From: a bacterium
GTDB taxonomy: Bacteria > SAR324 > XYD2-FULL-50-16 > G965216635
Direction: 5' to 3'
Length of the DNA stretch: 64,000 nucleotides
Assembly (NCBI GenBank): GCA_965216635.1
Contig: OZ244188.1
Coordinates: 1,120,001-1,184,000 of the forward strand
Shown one piece after another: positions 32,847-41,389 of the stretch; position 1 is the first letter of the stretch, and each line of letters starts with the position of its first letter. The notes under the pieces are model-generated. The model was not told where the DNA came from. It worked only from the letters and a program-made list of their open reading frames with translations, and did no database searches. The position numbers and the translations under genes are program-made.

Positions 32847-33234
32847 GATTTCAAGGATTCCTCATAAAACAAGTTCACCATCAATAAGGCTACAGGCTTA
32901 TAGTGGTCCTATTCCTCCTGCTAGTGAATTAGAAAAATATGAAACAGGATTACCAGGATCGGCTAACAGAATTATAAAAATGGCTGAAGATCAAAAAGAT
33001 CACCGAATAGACATAGAAAAACAAGTTATTAATAGTCAAGTTAAAGATAAAAAAAGAGGGCAAATATTTGCTTTTTGTTTGGGTATTGCTGGAATATTAG
33101 CTTCTGTGATAATTGCTTATTTAGGTTATCCCGCATCAGCCGTGGTTTTTGGGTCTGGCACCATTGTAGCGTTAGTGACAGTTTTCCTTGTAGGACAAAC
33201 GGGACAACAAAAGAATTCTGAAAACAAAAAATAA
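32824..33234 (+). CDS. DUF2335-like membrane protein
   Basis: YSGPIPPASELEKYE..PGSANRIIKMAE..HR, RGQIF, 2 TM; start at ATG 32824. Confidence 0.85.
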   Translation: MVKKGKGKISRIPHKTSSPSIRLQAYSGPIPPASELEKYETGLPGSANRIIKMAEDQKDHRIDIEKQVINSQVKDKKRGQIFAFCLGIAGILASVIIAYLGYPASAVVFGSGTIVALVTVFLVGQTGQQKNSENKK

Positions 33235-33252
33235 CCAGTCGCAAAAATTTTC

Positions 33253-34206
33253 CTAATAGTAGCGAACATTCGGTAAGACGCAAAGTATTTCAAATAATAG
33301 GTTAGCAGCAACCAAAGAAGTATTTTTAGAAAGATCAAAAGGAGGGGAAACTTCCACTAAATCCGCACCAACAAAGTTTAAGTCTTTACAACCTCGTATA
33401 ATCTCTAGAGCCTGATAGATAGTCAAACCTCCAATTTCGGCAGTACCTGTGCCAGGGGCAAAAGCAGGGTCTAAACTATCAATATCAAAACTTAAATAGA
33501 CAGGATGATTGCCAATTTTTTGGCAAACTTTTTTCATAAGTGGGACTAAAGATTTATACCAGCATTCTTCTACAGGCACGACTTCTACTCCTTTTTTTTG
33601 TTGCCATTGAAATTCTTGCGGGCTGTAACCTGTGCCTCTAAGTCCGATTTGGAAGGCTTTATTACAATCTATCAAACTTTCCTCTATGGCTCTGCGGAAA
33701 GGAGTGCCGTGAGCAATTTTTTCTCCCATCATAGTATCGTTGACATCAGCGTGAGCGTCTATATGAATTAAAGCAATAGCTCCGTATTTTTTTTTGATAG
33801 CTTTTAGTATAGGGTAAGTGATGGTATGGTCGCCTCCAATGGATAGGGGAATAATGTTTTTGGTGAGAATTTTAGTAATATACTCTGAAATAATAGTGAT
33901 GCTTTTTTGTAAATTGAAAGAATTGACGGGAATATCTCCTACATCGGCAACCTGTAGATTTTCAAAAGGAGCAGCACCTGTAGAAACATTGAAAGGTCGC
34001 ATCATTCTGGATTCGTCTCTGATTTCGCGGGGAGCAAAACGGGCACCAGGGCGGTTAGAAGTGCCTATATCCAAAGGAACACCTACAAAAGCCACATCTA
34101 AATCGGAAACAATTTCAGACGAAGGCAACCGCATAAAATTAGTAGCTGCTGCGTAGCGAGGCATATCATTACCACTCAAAGGTTGGTTGTATTTTTTTTT
34201 AGGCAT
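33253..34206 (-). CDS. speB: Agmatinase / guanidinobutyrase (ureohydrolase family)
   Basis: GGDHT, DAHAD, HGTPFRRA, SFDIDSLDPAFAPGTGT. Confidence 0.85.
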   Translation of the reverse strand: MPKKKYNQPLSGNDMPRYAAATNFMRLPSSEIVSDLDVAFVGVPLDIGTSNRPGARFAPREIRDESRMMRPFNVSTGAAPFENLQVADVGDIPVNSFNLQKSITIISEYITKILTKNIIPLSIGGDHTITYPILKAIKKKYGAIALIHIDAHADVNDTMMGEKIAHGTPFRRAIEESLIDCNKAFQIGLRGTGYSPQEFQWQQKKGVEVVPVEECWYKSLVPLMKKVCQKIGNHPVYLSFDIDSLDPAFAPGTGTAEIGGLTIYQALEIIRGCKDLNFVGADLVEVSPPFDLSKNTSLVAANLLFEILCVLPNVRYY

Positions 34207-34230
34207 TTTGAAAGAATATTTTTAGATTGA

Positions 34231-34770
34231 TTAAAATTTTGCCTTTAAAGGAATTTTTTTCCATTTTTTTGCTATTATTTCAAATTCTTGGTAGATAGTG
34301 CTACCTCCATATTTTCTTGATTCGTTAATAAAAAATTGAGCTGTATTCCAACTTCCCACAACTTTAGAATAAAATCTTTTTTTACATATATTTTCATCAT
34401 AAATGTTTTCCAATATTCCAGTGCACATGTTTTCCAATAAATTGAGATAAGCAAACAGATTTCTTGCATGTTCAATTCTTTGATAAGCTATACCCTTTTT
34501 TCTTAATCTACTTATAGAAATTTGGCGATTGGCATAATCTTTAGCTAAAAGGGCTCCTTTTTTATCTTCATTTTGGATAAATCTTAGTATATCAACGCCT
34601 GTTTTTGATACTAGGTTGTTTTCTATTTGAGTGACAATTGCTAGTGTTATTTTTAATTTTTCTGTTTTTTTGTAGTAATAGACGCTAATCACTGCCGCAA
34701 TGACGCCAATAACAAGGATACTAATTTCAGCTATTTTTAAGGTAACTAAAATATGAGAAACAGATTCCAT
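34231..34770 (-). CDS. DUF4760-like protein with N-terminal TM
   Basis: LNLLENMCTGILENIYDE..IYQEFEIIAKKW. Confidence 0.7.
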   Translation of the reverse strand: MESVSHILVTLKIAEISILVIGVIAAVISVYYYKKTEKLKITLAIVTQIENNLVSKTGVDILRFIQNEDKKGALLAKDYANRQISISRLRKKGIAYQRIEHARNLFAYLNLLENMCTGILENIYDENICKKRFYSKVVGSWNTAQFFINESRKYGGSTIYQEFEIIAKKWKKIPLKAKF

Positions 34771-34826
34771 AGTATTTAATTCAAAGATATCATCAAGTAA
34801 TAACCAAAATATTAAAGTTTTAAAAA

Positions 34827-35507
34827 CTAAGTTCTGGGTTGTTTTAAAAATTCTACGATTTTTTGGGGGACTTGGTGGGATATTTTTTTGGTAAGATTTT
34901 TTTTTGTTTCTGCAATTACTTCTGGGGATAAAGTTTTTTTTCGGACTTGGAAAAGTTTTTTTGCAAAATCTAAATCAAACTCTGGATGGTGTTGAAAGGA
35001 AATAGCTATATCTCCGTAAGCTAAAGCAGCGTTTTTACAAAAATCGGTGCTACCGATAACTTCGGCGTCTGAAGGCAGTTGAGTTACTTGGTCTCCATAC
35101 CAAGCTAAAATATAATTTTCTTTGCTACCGCCTTTGAGGTTTAATTTTTCTACACCACATTTCATACCGCCTTTAAATTTTTCTACTTTGCCTCCCAATG
35201 CTTGTGCTAAAATTTGGTGCCCAAAGCAAATAGCAACGATGGGAATTTTTGTTTTATAGACATTTCTTATAAAATCCTCTAATGCTGGTATCCAGCTAAG
35301 TTTTTCGTAGGCACCATGCCTAGAGCCGGTAATTAGCCAAGCATCCATCTCGTCTGGCTTTTTGGGAAAAATAGAATCTAGGACAGCGTAAGTTTTAAAT
35401 TGAAAATTTTGTCCTTTAAACAATCTCATAAAAAGATCGTTATAGTCGCCAAAGTTTTTTTGTAAGGCTTCAGGAGAGCGACCTGTTTGCAAAATACCTA
35501 TTTTCAT
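34827..35507 (-). CDS. Type 1 glutamine amidotransferase
   Basis: ITGS, ICFGHQILAQALGG, QHHPE. Confidence 0.88.
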   Translation of the reverse strand: MKIGILQTGRSPEALQKNFGDYNDLFMRLFKGQNFQFKTYAVLDSIFPKKPDEMDAWLITGSRHGAYEKLSWIPALEDFIRNVYKTKIPIVAICFGHQILAQALGGKVEKFKGGMKCGVEKLNLKGGSKENYILAWYGDQVTQLPSDAEVIGSTDFCKNAALAYGDIAISFQHHPEFDLDFAKKLFQVRKKTLSPEVIAETKKNLTKKISHQVPQKIVEFLKQPRT

Positions 35508-35520
35508 TTTTGAACCTTTT

Positions 35521-36318
35521 TTATTTTTGAGTTCTTCTCATTTGCCAGCTAGCAAGTACTACTCCAAGGGTTACTACTACAATAATTATAGTAGCTAAAG
35601 CGTTCACCTCTGGGCTAATACCTAGTCTGACTTTAGAAAAAACTACCATCGGCAGAGTGGAAGATGCAGGACCTGATACAAAACTAGCGATAACTAAATC
35701 ATCTAAAGATAGCGTGAAAGATAACAACCAGCCAGAAATCAAGGCGGGCATAATTGTAGGCAGAGTTATATCAAAAAAAACTCTTATGGGTGTAGCTCCC
35801 AAATCTAAAGCTGCTTCTTCTATGGAAGAATCCATATCTATCAAACGGGATTGAATTACCACAGCCACAAAAGCCATAGAAAAAGTGGTGTGTGCGATAA
35901 TGATAGTAGTTAAGCCCCTGCCAGCTGGCCATCCCAAAAGAGATTCCATACCTACAAATAGTAAAAGTAGCGATAAGCCTGTAATAATTTCGGGCATTAC
36001 TAAAGGAGCAGTAATCATTCCAGTCAATAAAGGTTTGGCTCTAAATTTTCTAAATCTAACTAAAGCAATAGAGGCTAGAGTTCCTAAACAGATGGCTATG
36101 GAAGCACTAATGAAGGCTATTTTTAGACTCAGCCAAGCGGATTGCAAAATCTGTGGGTCTCTCAAAAGTTCTCCATACCATTTTGTAGAAAAACCTCCCC
36201 AAACTGTAACCAACTTAGATTCATTAAAGCTAAAAACAACCAGTAAAATGATAGGGATATAAAGAAAAGCGAAAACTAATAAAGCCGTAATGGGTAGGAA
36301 GTAATTTTTTTTAAGCAT
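35521..36318 (-). CDS. potI: Putrescine ABC permease
   Basis: SFNESKLVTVWGGFSTKWY, EEAALDLGA, LSLDDLVIASF. Confidence 0.88.
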   Translation of the reverse strand: MLKKNYFLPITALLVFAFLYIPIILLVVFSFNESKLVTVWGGFSTKWYGELLRDPQILQSAWLSLKIAFISASIAICLGTLASIALVRFRKFRAKPLLTGMITAPLVMPEIITGLSLLLLFVGMESLLGWPAGRGLTTIIIAHTTFSMAFVAVVIQSRLIDMDSSIEEAALDLGATPIRVFFDITLPTIMPALISGWLLSFTLSLDDLVIASFVSGPASSTLPMVVFSKVRLGISPEVNALATIIIVVVTLGVVLASWQMRRTQK

Positions 36319-37258
36319 TTTTTTTGGTACCTGTTAAATTCCTTAAAAATATAATAGGAATTACTATTAAAATTAGCATTGCGATAGAAACAGCGGAGGC
36401 GACGGGCCAATCTCTATTAGAAAAAAATTCGCTCCAAATCACTTTGCCTATCATTAAATTATCTGCACCTCCCAAGAGTGCTGGGATAACGAACTCACCG
36501 ATAGCAGGAATTAAGACTAAGGCGCTACCTGCTAAAATTCCGGGAAGAGAAAGTGGCAGTGTGATTTTCAAAAAAGTGACAATAGAATTAGCCCCCAAAT
36601 CTTTAGACGCTTCCAAAAGAGAGTCGTCTAGTTTTACGAGGTTGGCGTAAAGAGGCAAAATCATAAATGGCAAATAGGCATAAACAATACCGATATAGAC
36701 TGCTATGTCGGTGCGTAAAATAGTTAGCGGCTCTGATATAAGACCAATAGCAAGCAAGGCTTCGTTGAGATAACCCTTTGGTTTTAAGATTCCAATCCAA
36801 GCATAAACCCTTAACAAAAAAGAAGTCCAAAAGGGCAAAACTATAAGTAAAAGTAGAAAATTTCGTTTGATTTCACTTGAACGTGCAATGTAGTAAGCAA
36901 GTGGATAGCCCACCAAAAGACAAAGGATAGTAGAAAAAAAAGCAATTTTCAAAGAGGTTAGGTAAGATAAAAAATAGAGAGTATCTTCTAAAAGGTATTG
37001 GTAGTTGGAAAAATTCAAACTAATTTGTAAAACTCCTTCTTCATTGAAACTTGTTAAAGGGAGATAGGGAGGTTGTTGGATAACAGCTTCGGAAAAAGAA
37101 ATTTTTGCAATAAAAGCAAAAGGAACAAGAAAAAATATTAAAAGCCATAAAGTAGGCACAGCAATCACCAATCCTTTTCCAGAAAGACCTAATTTAGCAA
37201 GCCCGATAAAACTCCACCTGACTGGTGGAAATTTCTTTATTTTATCAATCCAGCTCAT
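36311..37258 (-). CDS. potH: Putrescine ABC permease
   Basis: LPFWTSFLLRVYAW, LEASKDLGA, NRDWPVASA; start at second Met. Confidence 0.88.
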   Translation of the reverse strand: MSWIDKIKKFPPVRWSFIGLAKLGLSGKGLVIAVPTLWLLIFFLVPFAFIAKISFSEAVIQQPPYLPLTSFNEEGVLQISLNFSNYQYLLEDTLYFLSYLTSLKIAFFSTILCLLVGYPLAYYIARSSEIKRNFLLLLIVLPFWTSFLLRVYAWIGILKPKGYLNEALLAIGLISEPLTILRTDIAVYIGIVYAYLPFMILPLYANLVKLDDSLLEASKDLGANSIVTFLKITLPLSLPGILAGSALVLIPAIGEFVIPALLGGADNLMIGKVIWSEFFSNRDWPVASAVSIAMLILIVIPIIFLRNLTGTKKNA

Positions 37259-37266
37259 TGTAGTTT

Positions 37267-38403
37267 TTACGATTGTAATATAATTCCAGCATTTTTCTCC
37301 CAACTAATATAAACCGTTTCATTCGCTAAAATAGGATTATCATCTAGATGGCGACTAGTATTAGATTGAGTGACTGTAACGAGTTTTCCTCCTTTCAATA
37401 AAATGCGGTAGATAGAAAGGTTACCAATATAAGCAATTTCAGAGACAACACCTTGGCTAACATTGATTTTTGATTGCGGGGCTTTACGGTTGAGCATCAT
37501 TTTTTCTGGGCGCAAGGCAAACCAAAGTTTTTGATTAGGAACACAGCTAATGCCGTGAGATACATAGATATTGCAGCCTGCTTCTTTGGATTGTAGTTTT
37601 ACATAATTTTCTTCGTCCTCTACTACTCTGGATTCAAAAATATTAATGGATCCTATAAAATCTGCTACATAGCGAGAATTAGGGTGCTCGTAAATGGTGT
37701 GGGCCGTTCCAATTTGACTTATCTCTCCATCTTTCATTATGGCGATCCTAGAAGACAAAGTCATGGCTTCTTCTTGGTCGTGAGTGACGACTACGAAGGT
37801 AATATTGAGTGTCTCTTGAATTTGAATAATTTCAAACTGAGTTTCTTCACGCAGTTTTTTATCTAAAGCTCCTAGTGGCTCGTCTAAGAGTAATAGTTTT
37901 GGTTTTTTTATCAAAGATCTGCCTAAAGCTACTCTCTGTTGTTGTCCTCCAGAAAGTTGATGAGGTTTTCTTTTAGCAAAAGATTCCATTTGAACAAGTT
38001 TGAGCATATCTGACACTCTATCTTGAATTTCGGTTTTTGGTAATCTGTCTCTTTTTAAGCCGTAAGCAATGTTTTTTTCTACGCTCATGTGAGGGAAAAG
38101 AGCGTAAGACTGAAACATCATATTGGTAGGTCTTTTATTTGGAGGTAAGCCCAACATATTTTGTCCGTCAATTTCAATAGAGCCAGCTGTAGGCTCTTCA
38201 AAACCTGCCAGCATTCTCAGAAGAGTTGTTTTACCGCACCCAGAGCCTCCCAGTAGACAAAAAAGCTCTCCTTCAAAAATATCTAGTGTGACATTATCTA
38301 CTGCGGTGAAATCCCCGAATTTTTTGCTCACACCCTTGATTTGAATCAAAGGTGTGGCTGTGGAGTCTTCCCAAAGAGAATAGCCTTTTCTTTTTTTATC
38401 CAT
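37267..38403 (-). CDS. potG: Polyamine ABC ATP-binding protein
   Basis: GGSGCGKT, NMMFQSYALFPHM, LSGGQQQR. Confidence 0.88.
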   Translation of the reverse strand: MDKKRKGYSLWEDSTATPLIQIKGVSKKFGDFTAVDNVTLDIFEGELFCLLGGSGCGKTTLLRMLAGFEEPTAGSIEIDGQNMLGLPPNKRPTNMMFQSYALFPHMSVEKNIAYGLKRDRLPKTEIQDRVSDMLKLVQMESFAKRKPHQLSGGQQQRVALGRSLIKKPKLLLLDEPLGALDKKLREETQFEIIQIQETLNITFVVVTHDQEEAMTLSSRIAIMKDGEISQIGTAHTIYEHPNSRYVADFIGSINIFESRVVEDEENYVKLQSKEAGCNIYVSHGISCVPNQKLWFALRPEKMMLNRKAPQSKINVSQGVVSEIAYIGNLSIYRILLKGGKLVTVTQSNTSRHLDDNPILANETVYISWEKNAGIILQS

Positions 38404-38425
38404 TGTTTAGATAAAATAAGATAGA

Positions 38426-39514
38426 TTATTTACCGCTCTTCAACCTAGTCCAAGTGCGTGTCAGCAATCTATCATACTTTTTTGAATTTGTTGATGTTGC
38501 AAACAAATTCTTTTTTACAGCATCGGACGGATAGATAGACGGATCTTCTAATATTTCTGCCTCAATATATGGGGTAGAAGCAGAATTTCCGTTAGGATAA
38601 AATACATAATTTGTAATATCCGCTATAATTTTAGGCTCCATCAGAAAGTTAATGAACTTATGTGCATTATTAGGATGCGGAGCATCTTTTGGAATTGCTA
38701 GCACATCAAACCAAATCACAGTGCCTTCCTTTGGAATAACATAAGATACAGAAAACTTTTGTTCTGCTTCTGCTGCTCTATCAATCGCTATCAAAACATC
38801 ACCACTCCATCCCATAGAAACACAAGAGTCACCATTTGCCAAATCGTTTATGTATTGTGATGAATTAAAGGAGCGAATATAAGGGCGAACTTTCTTTATT
38901 ACTGCTTCTGCTTTTTTTAAATCTTTAGTTTTTTTGCTATCAGGATTCAAGCCTAAGTAAGCTAAAGCTGCAGGAATTACGTCTGTTGGTGAATCTAAAA
39001 AACTCACCCCACAATCTGCAAATTTAGAAACAACTTTGGGGTCAAAAAGCATAGCCCAGCTACCTACGGGAGCGTTTGGCATGCGTTTTTTGATAGCTTC
39101 TTCGTTATAACCAAAGCCTACTGTTCCCCACATATAAACGATAGAATATTTATTACCAGGATCATATACCGATACTCTTTTCGCAATAGCTTTATCCAGA
39201 TTTTTGCTATTGGGTAAAGCAGATTTGTTCAGCTTTTGAAAAATCCCAGCTTTTATTTGTCTATCAATAAAACTAGCAGAAGGCACAACCACATCGTAGC
39301 CAGATGAACCAGCCAAAAGTTTTGCCTCCAAAATTTCATTACCATCAAACACATCGTAATTAACCTTAATGCCGGTTTTCTTTTCAAATTTAGCAACTGT
39401 ATCCTCAGCGATATAATCCGACCAATTATAGACATTGAGAACTTTTTTTTCTGCAAAAGCCAGGTTGGCTGTAAAAAGCAAGCCAACTAGCAGTAATGCT
39501 TTTAAGTTTTTCAT
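38426..39514 (-). CDS. potF: Putrescine-binding periplasmic protein
   Basis: VYNWSDYI, LEAKLLAGSSGYDVVVPS, GWSGD, PKEG. Confidence 0.9.
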   Translation of the reverse strand: MKNLKALLLVGLLFTANLAFAEKKVLNVYNWSDYIAEDTVAKFEKKTGIKVNYDVFDGNEILEAKLLAGSSGYDVVVPSASFIDRQIKAGIFQKLNKSALPNSKNLDKAIAKRVSVYDPGNKYSIVYMWGTVGFGYNEEAIKKRMPNAPVGSWAMLFDPKVVSKFADCGVSFLDSPTDVIPAALAYLGLNPDSKKTKDLKKAEAVIKKVRPYIRSFNSSQYINDLANGDSCVSMGWSGDVLIAIDRAAEAEQKFSVSYVIPKEGTVIWFDVLAIPKDAPHPNNAHKFINFLMEPKIIADITNYVFYPNGNSASTPYIEAEILEDPSIYPSDAVKKNLFATSTNSKKYDRLLTRTWTRLKSGK

Positions 39515-39523
39515 TTTCTTAAA

Positions 39524-39696
39524 TAATTTAGGTTTTTAATTTGCGTTATGTGACGGCTAGCCAAATGGTTAGAACAGGTGCGAAAAAAATTTTTAGCTCG
39601 CAGGAATACTCAAGTATTTCAAGAGTTAAAAAATTTTTTCAACGCCGTATAGGCTAAACAGAACGCAAATTCAAAAGTCTAATTTAGGTTTTTAAT
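39524..39696. mobile_element. AGAC/GTCT element bracketed by a 17-bp direct repeat
   Basis: Body near-identical to 10322-10465; taatttaggtttttaat at 39524-39540 and 39680-39696. Confidence 0.9.
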
Positions 39697-39697
39697 C

Positions 39698-39714
39698 CAG
39701 TGTCATTGACACTG
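39698..39714. promoter_or_regulatory. Perfect palindrome, candidate operator
   Basis: cagtgtca-t-tgacactg upstream of potF. Confidence 0.45.
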
Positions 39715-39806
39715 CAACCCTAAAGATAATTAATTTTTTCAATAATTGCAAATAATAAAATAGCTATTTTTAAAAAAAACACATTTAGACGGTTTAAAAG
39801 TAGTAC

Positions 39807-39835
39807 TTGACAGCGGAAAGTATATATCTTAAAAT
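39807..39835 (+). promoter_or_regulatory. Sigma70-type promoter for yceI
   Basis: TTGACA-17-TAAAAT. Confidence 0.65.
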
Positions 39836-39970
39836 TTTGAATTAGGCATTCTAGTTCGGCTATACTGCGTTGCTCAAGTTTTTTATTTCTCAAAATACTC
39901 CAGTATTCCTCTTGGGTAAAAAACTTTCGCTCCTTGTCTAGCTTTCCTATAATGCCTAATTCAAAGGTCT
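39835..39970. mobile_element. AGAC/GTCT element, inverted relative of the 5774 copy
   Basis: tttgaattaggcatt ... aatgcctaattcaaaggtct; body is a reverse-complement relative of 5790-5900. Confidence 0.88.
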
Positions 39971-40004
39971 ATAATCTTATAACCCAAAAATATATCCATC
40001 AATT

Positions 40005-40622
40005 ATGTTTAAATCAATCGTTCAAAAATTCATTGTTAGTTTTTTACTGTTATTTCTTTTTTTTAGTGCCCAAATAATACCTAAAGCAATACCACAAGCA
40101 CTAGCCCAAGAAATAACACCGTATAAAATAGATAAAAAAAACAGCTCTGTTGGTTTTACCGCCTGTTGCCACGCTTTTATCTCCAATGTTAATGGAGTTT
40201 TTAAAAAATATGAGGCTCAAGTTTCGGTAGATAAAGATCAAAAAATTCAATCTGTAAGCGCAGAAATACAAGCTGATTCTGTAGATACAGATAGCAGAAG
40301 AAGAGACAAACATCTAAGGAAGGATGATTTTTTTGATGTTAAAAATCACCCTAAAATTACTTTTGAAAGTAGTAAAATAGAATATTTAGGAGCAAACACC
40401 AATGGAACCAATGGACAAGGAGGCGAAATTTTAGCCACTGGAAACCTAACAATAAAAGCAATCACCAAAGAAATAGAATTAAAAGGAAAGGTTTTAGCTA
40501 GTAGTAAGGATAAAATAGTTTTAGAAGCAACGGCTATAATCAATAAAAATGATTTTGGGATAAGCTATTCCAAAATGAAAGATGTGGTTACTCTTATCAT
40601 CAAAATCACCTTAAAACCTTGA
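40005..40622 (+). CDS. yceI: YceI-family periplasmic lipid/polyisoprenoid-binding protein
   Basis: Signal peptide, SVDTDSRRRDKHLRKDDFFDVKNHPKITFES, GNLTIKAITKEI. Confidence 0.9.
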   Translation: MFKSIVQKFIVSFLLLFLFFSAQIIPKAIPQALAQEITPYKIDKKNSSVGFTACCHAFISNVNGVFKKYEAQVSVDKDQKIQSVSAEIQADSVDTDSRRRDKHLRKDDFFDVKNHPKITFESSKIEYLGANTNGTNGQGGEILATGNLTIKAITKEIELKGKVLASSKDKIVLEATAIINKNDFGISYSKMKDVVTLIIKITLKP

Positions 40623-40851
40623 ATTTGCGTTCTGTTTAGCCAAAACAAGCTTATTGCTTTCACCCTATACAGGCTTTAGCAAAAGAGCCAGTGGCTCTTT
40701 TGCAGTCCTTTTTTGGAGTATGCAAGGTTTGTAGTGTTTTTTACTACGCCATTAAAAAAAATTTTTAACTCTTGAAATACTTCAGTATTCCTACGAGCTA
40801 AAAAATTTTTTCGCCTTGCCTAGCCGTCACATAACGCAAATTCAAAGGTCT
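40613..40851. mobile_element. Long composite element overlapping the yceI stop
   Basis: ccttgaatttgcgtt ... aacgcaaattcaaaggtct; ccagtgg hairpin plus reverse-oriented gaatac/gtatt hairpin. Confidence 0.9.
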
Positions 40852-41034
40852 ATTTTATTTTGCTAAAAACCTTGAATTTGCGTTCTGTTTAGCACGCTAA
40901 ATTCAAAGGTCTATTTTATTTTGCTAAAAACCTTGAATTTGCGTTCTGTTTAGCACGCTAAATTCAAAGGTCTATTTTATTTTGCTAAAAACCTTGAATT
41001 TGCGTTCTGTTTAGCACGCTAAATTCAAAAGTCT
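40838..41034. repeat. 61-bp tandem repeat (~3.2 copies) built from element ends
   Basis: ttcaaa(g/a)gtct recurs at 40841, 40902, 40963, 41024. Confidence 0.95.
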
Positions 41035-41211
41035 CAATATTGGGGTTGCTTTTTAACTAAAAATAGTTCAAACTTTGCCTATATTTAAGTTTATTGTTGG
41101 GGTTTTATAGCATTTTAGAAAAAATTCCCTCCAAAAACAACCAAAAACAAGCAAACTAAAAAAAAAATTTGACTATTTTTAGGTTTTTAGTTGTTCTTTT
41201 AAAACCAAAAT

Positions 41212-41377
41212 AAAAAAAAAGATTGATTGTTTTTATTTTTTTAGTTATCCTTTATAAAGTTTTATAAAAATAAAACTGAATAATCAAAATTAACTAAAAA
41301 AAAGATTGATTGTTTTTATTTTTTTAGTTATCCTTTATAAAGTTTTATAAAAATAAAACTGAATAACCAAAATTAAC
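41212..41377. repeat. 83-bp direct tandem duplication in a promoter region
   Basis: gattgattgtttttatttttttagttatcctttataaag... at 41221 and 41304. Confidence 0.93.
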
Positions 41378-41389
41378 TATAAAAAGACT

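Noticed and set aside
40838..41034. CRISPR-like repeat-spacer array
   Set aside because: Linkers are identical and the units derive from the dispersed element's ends.
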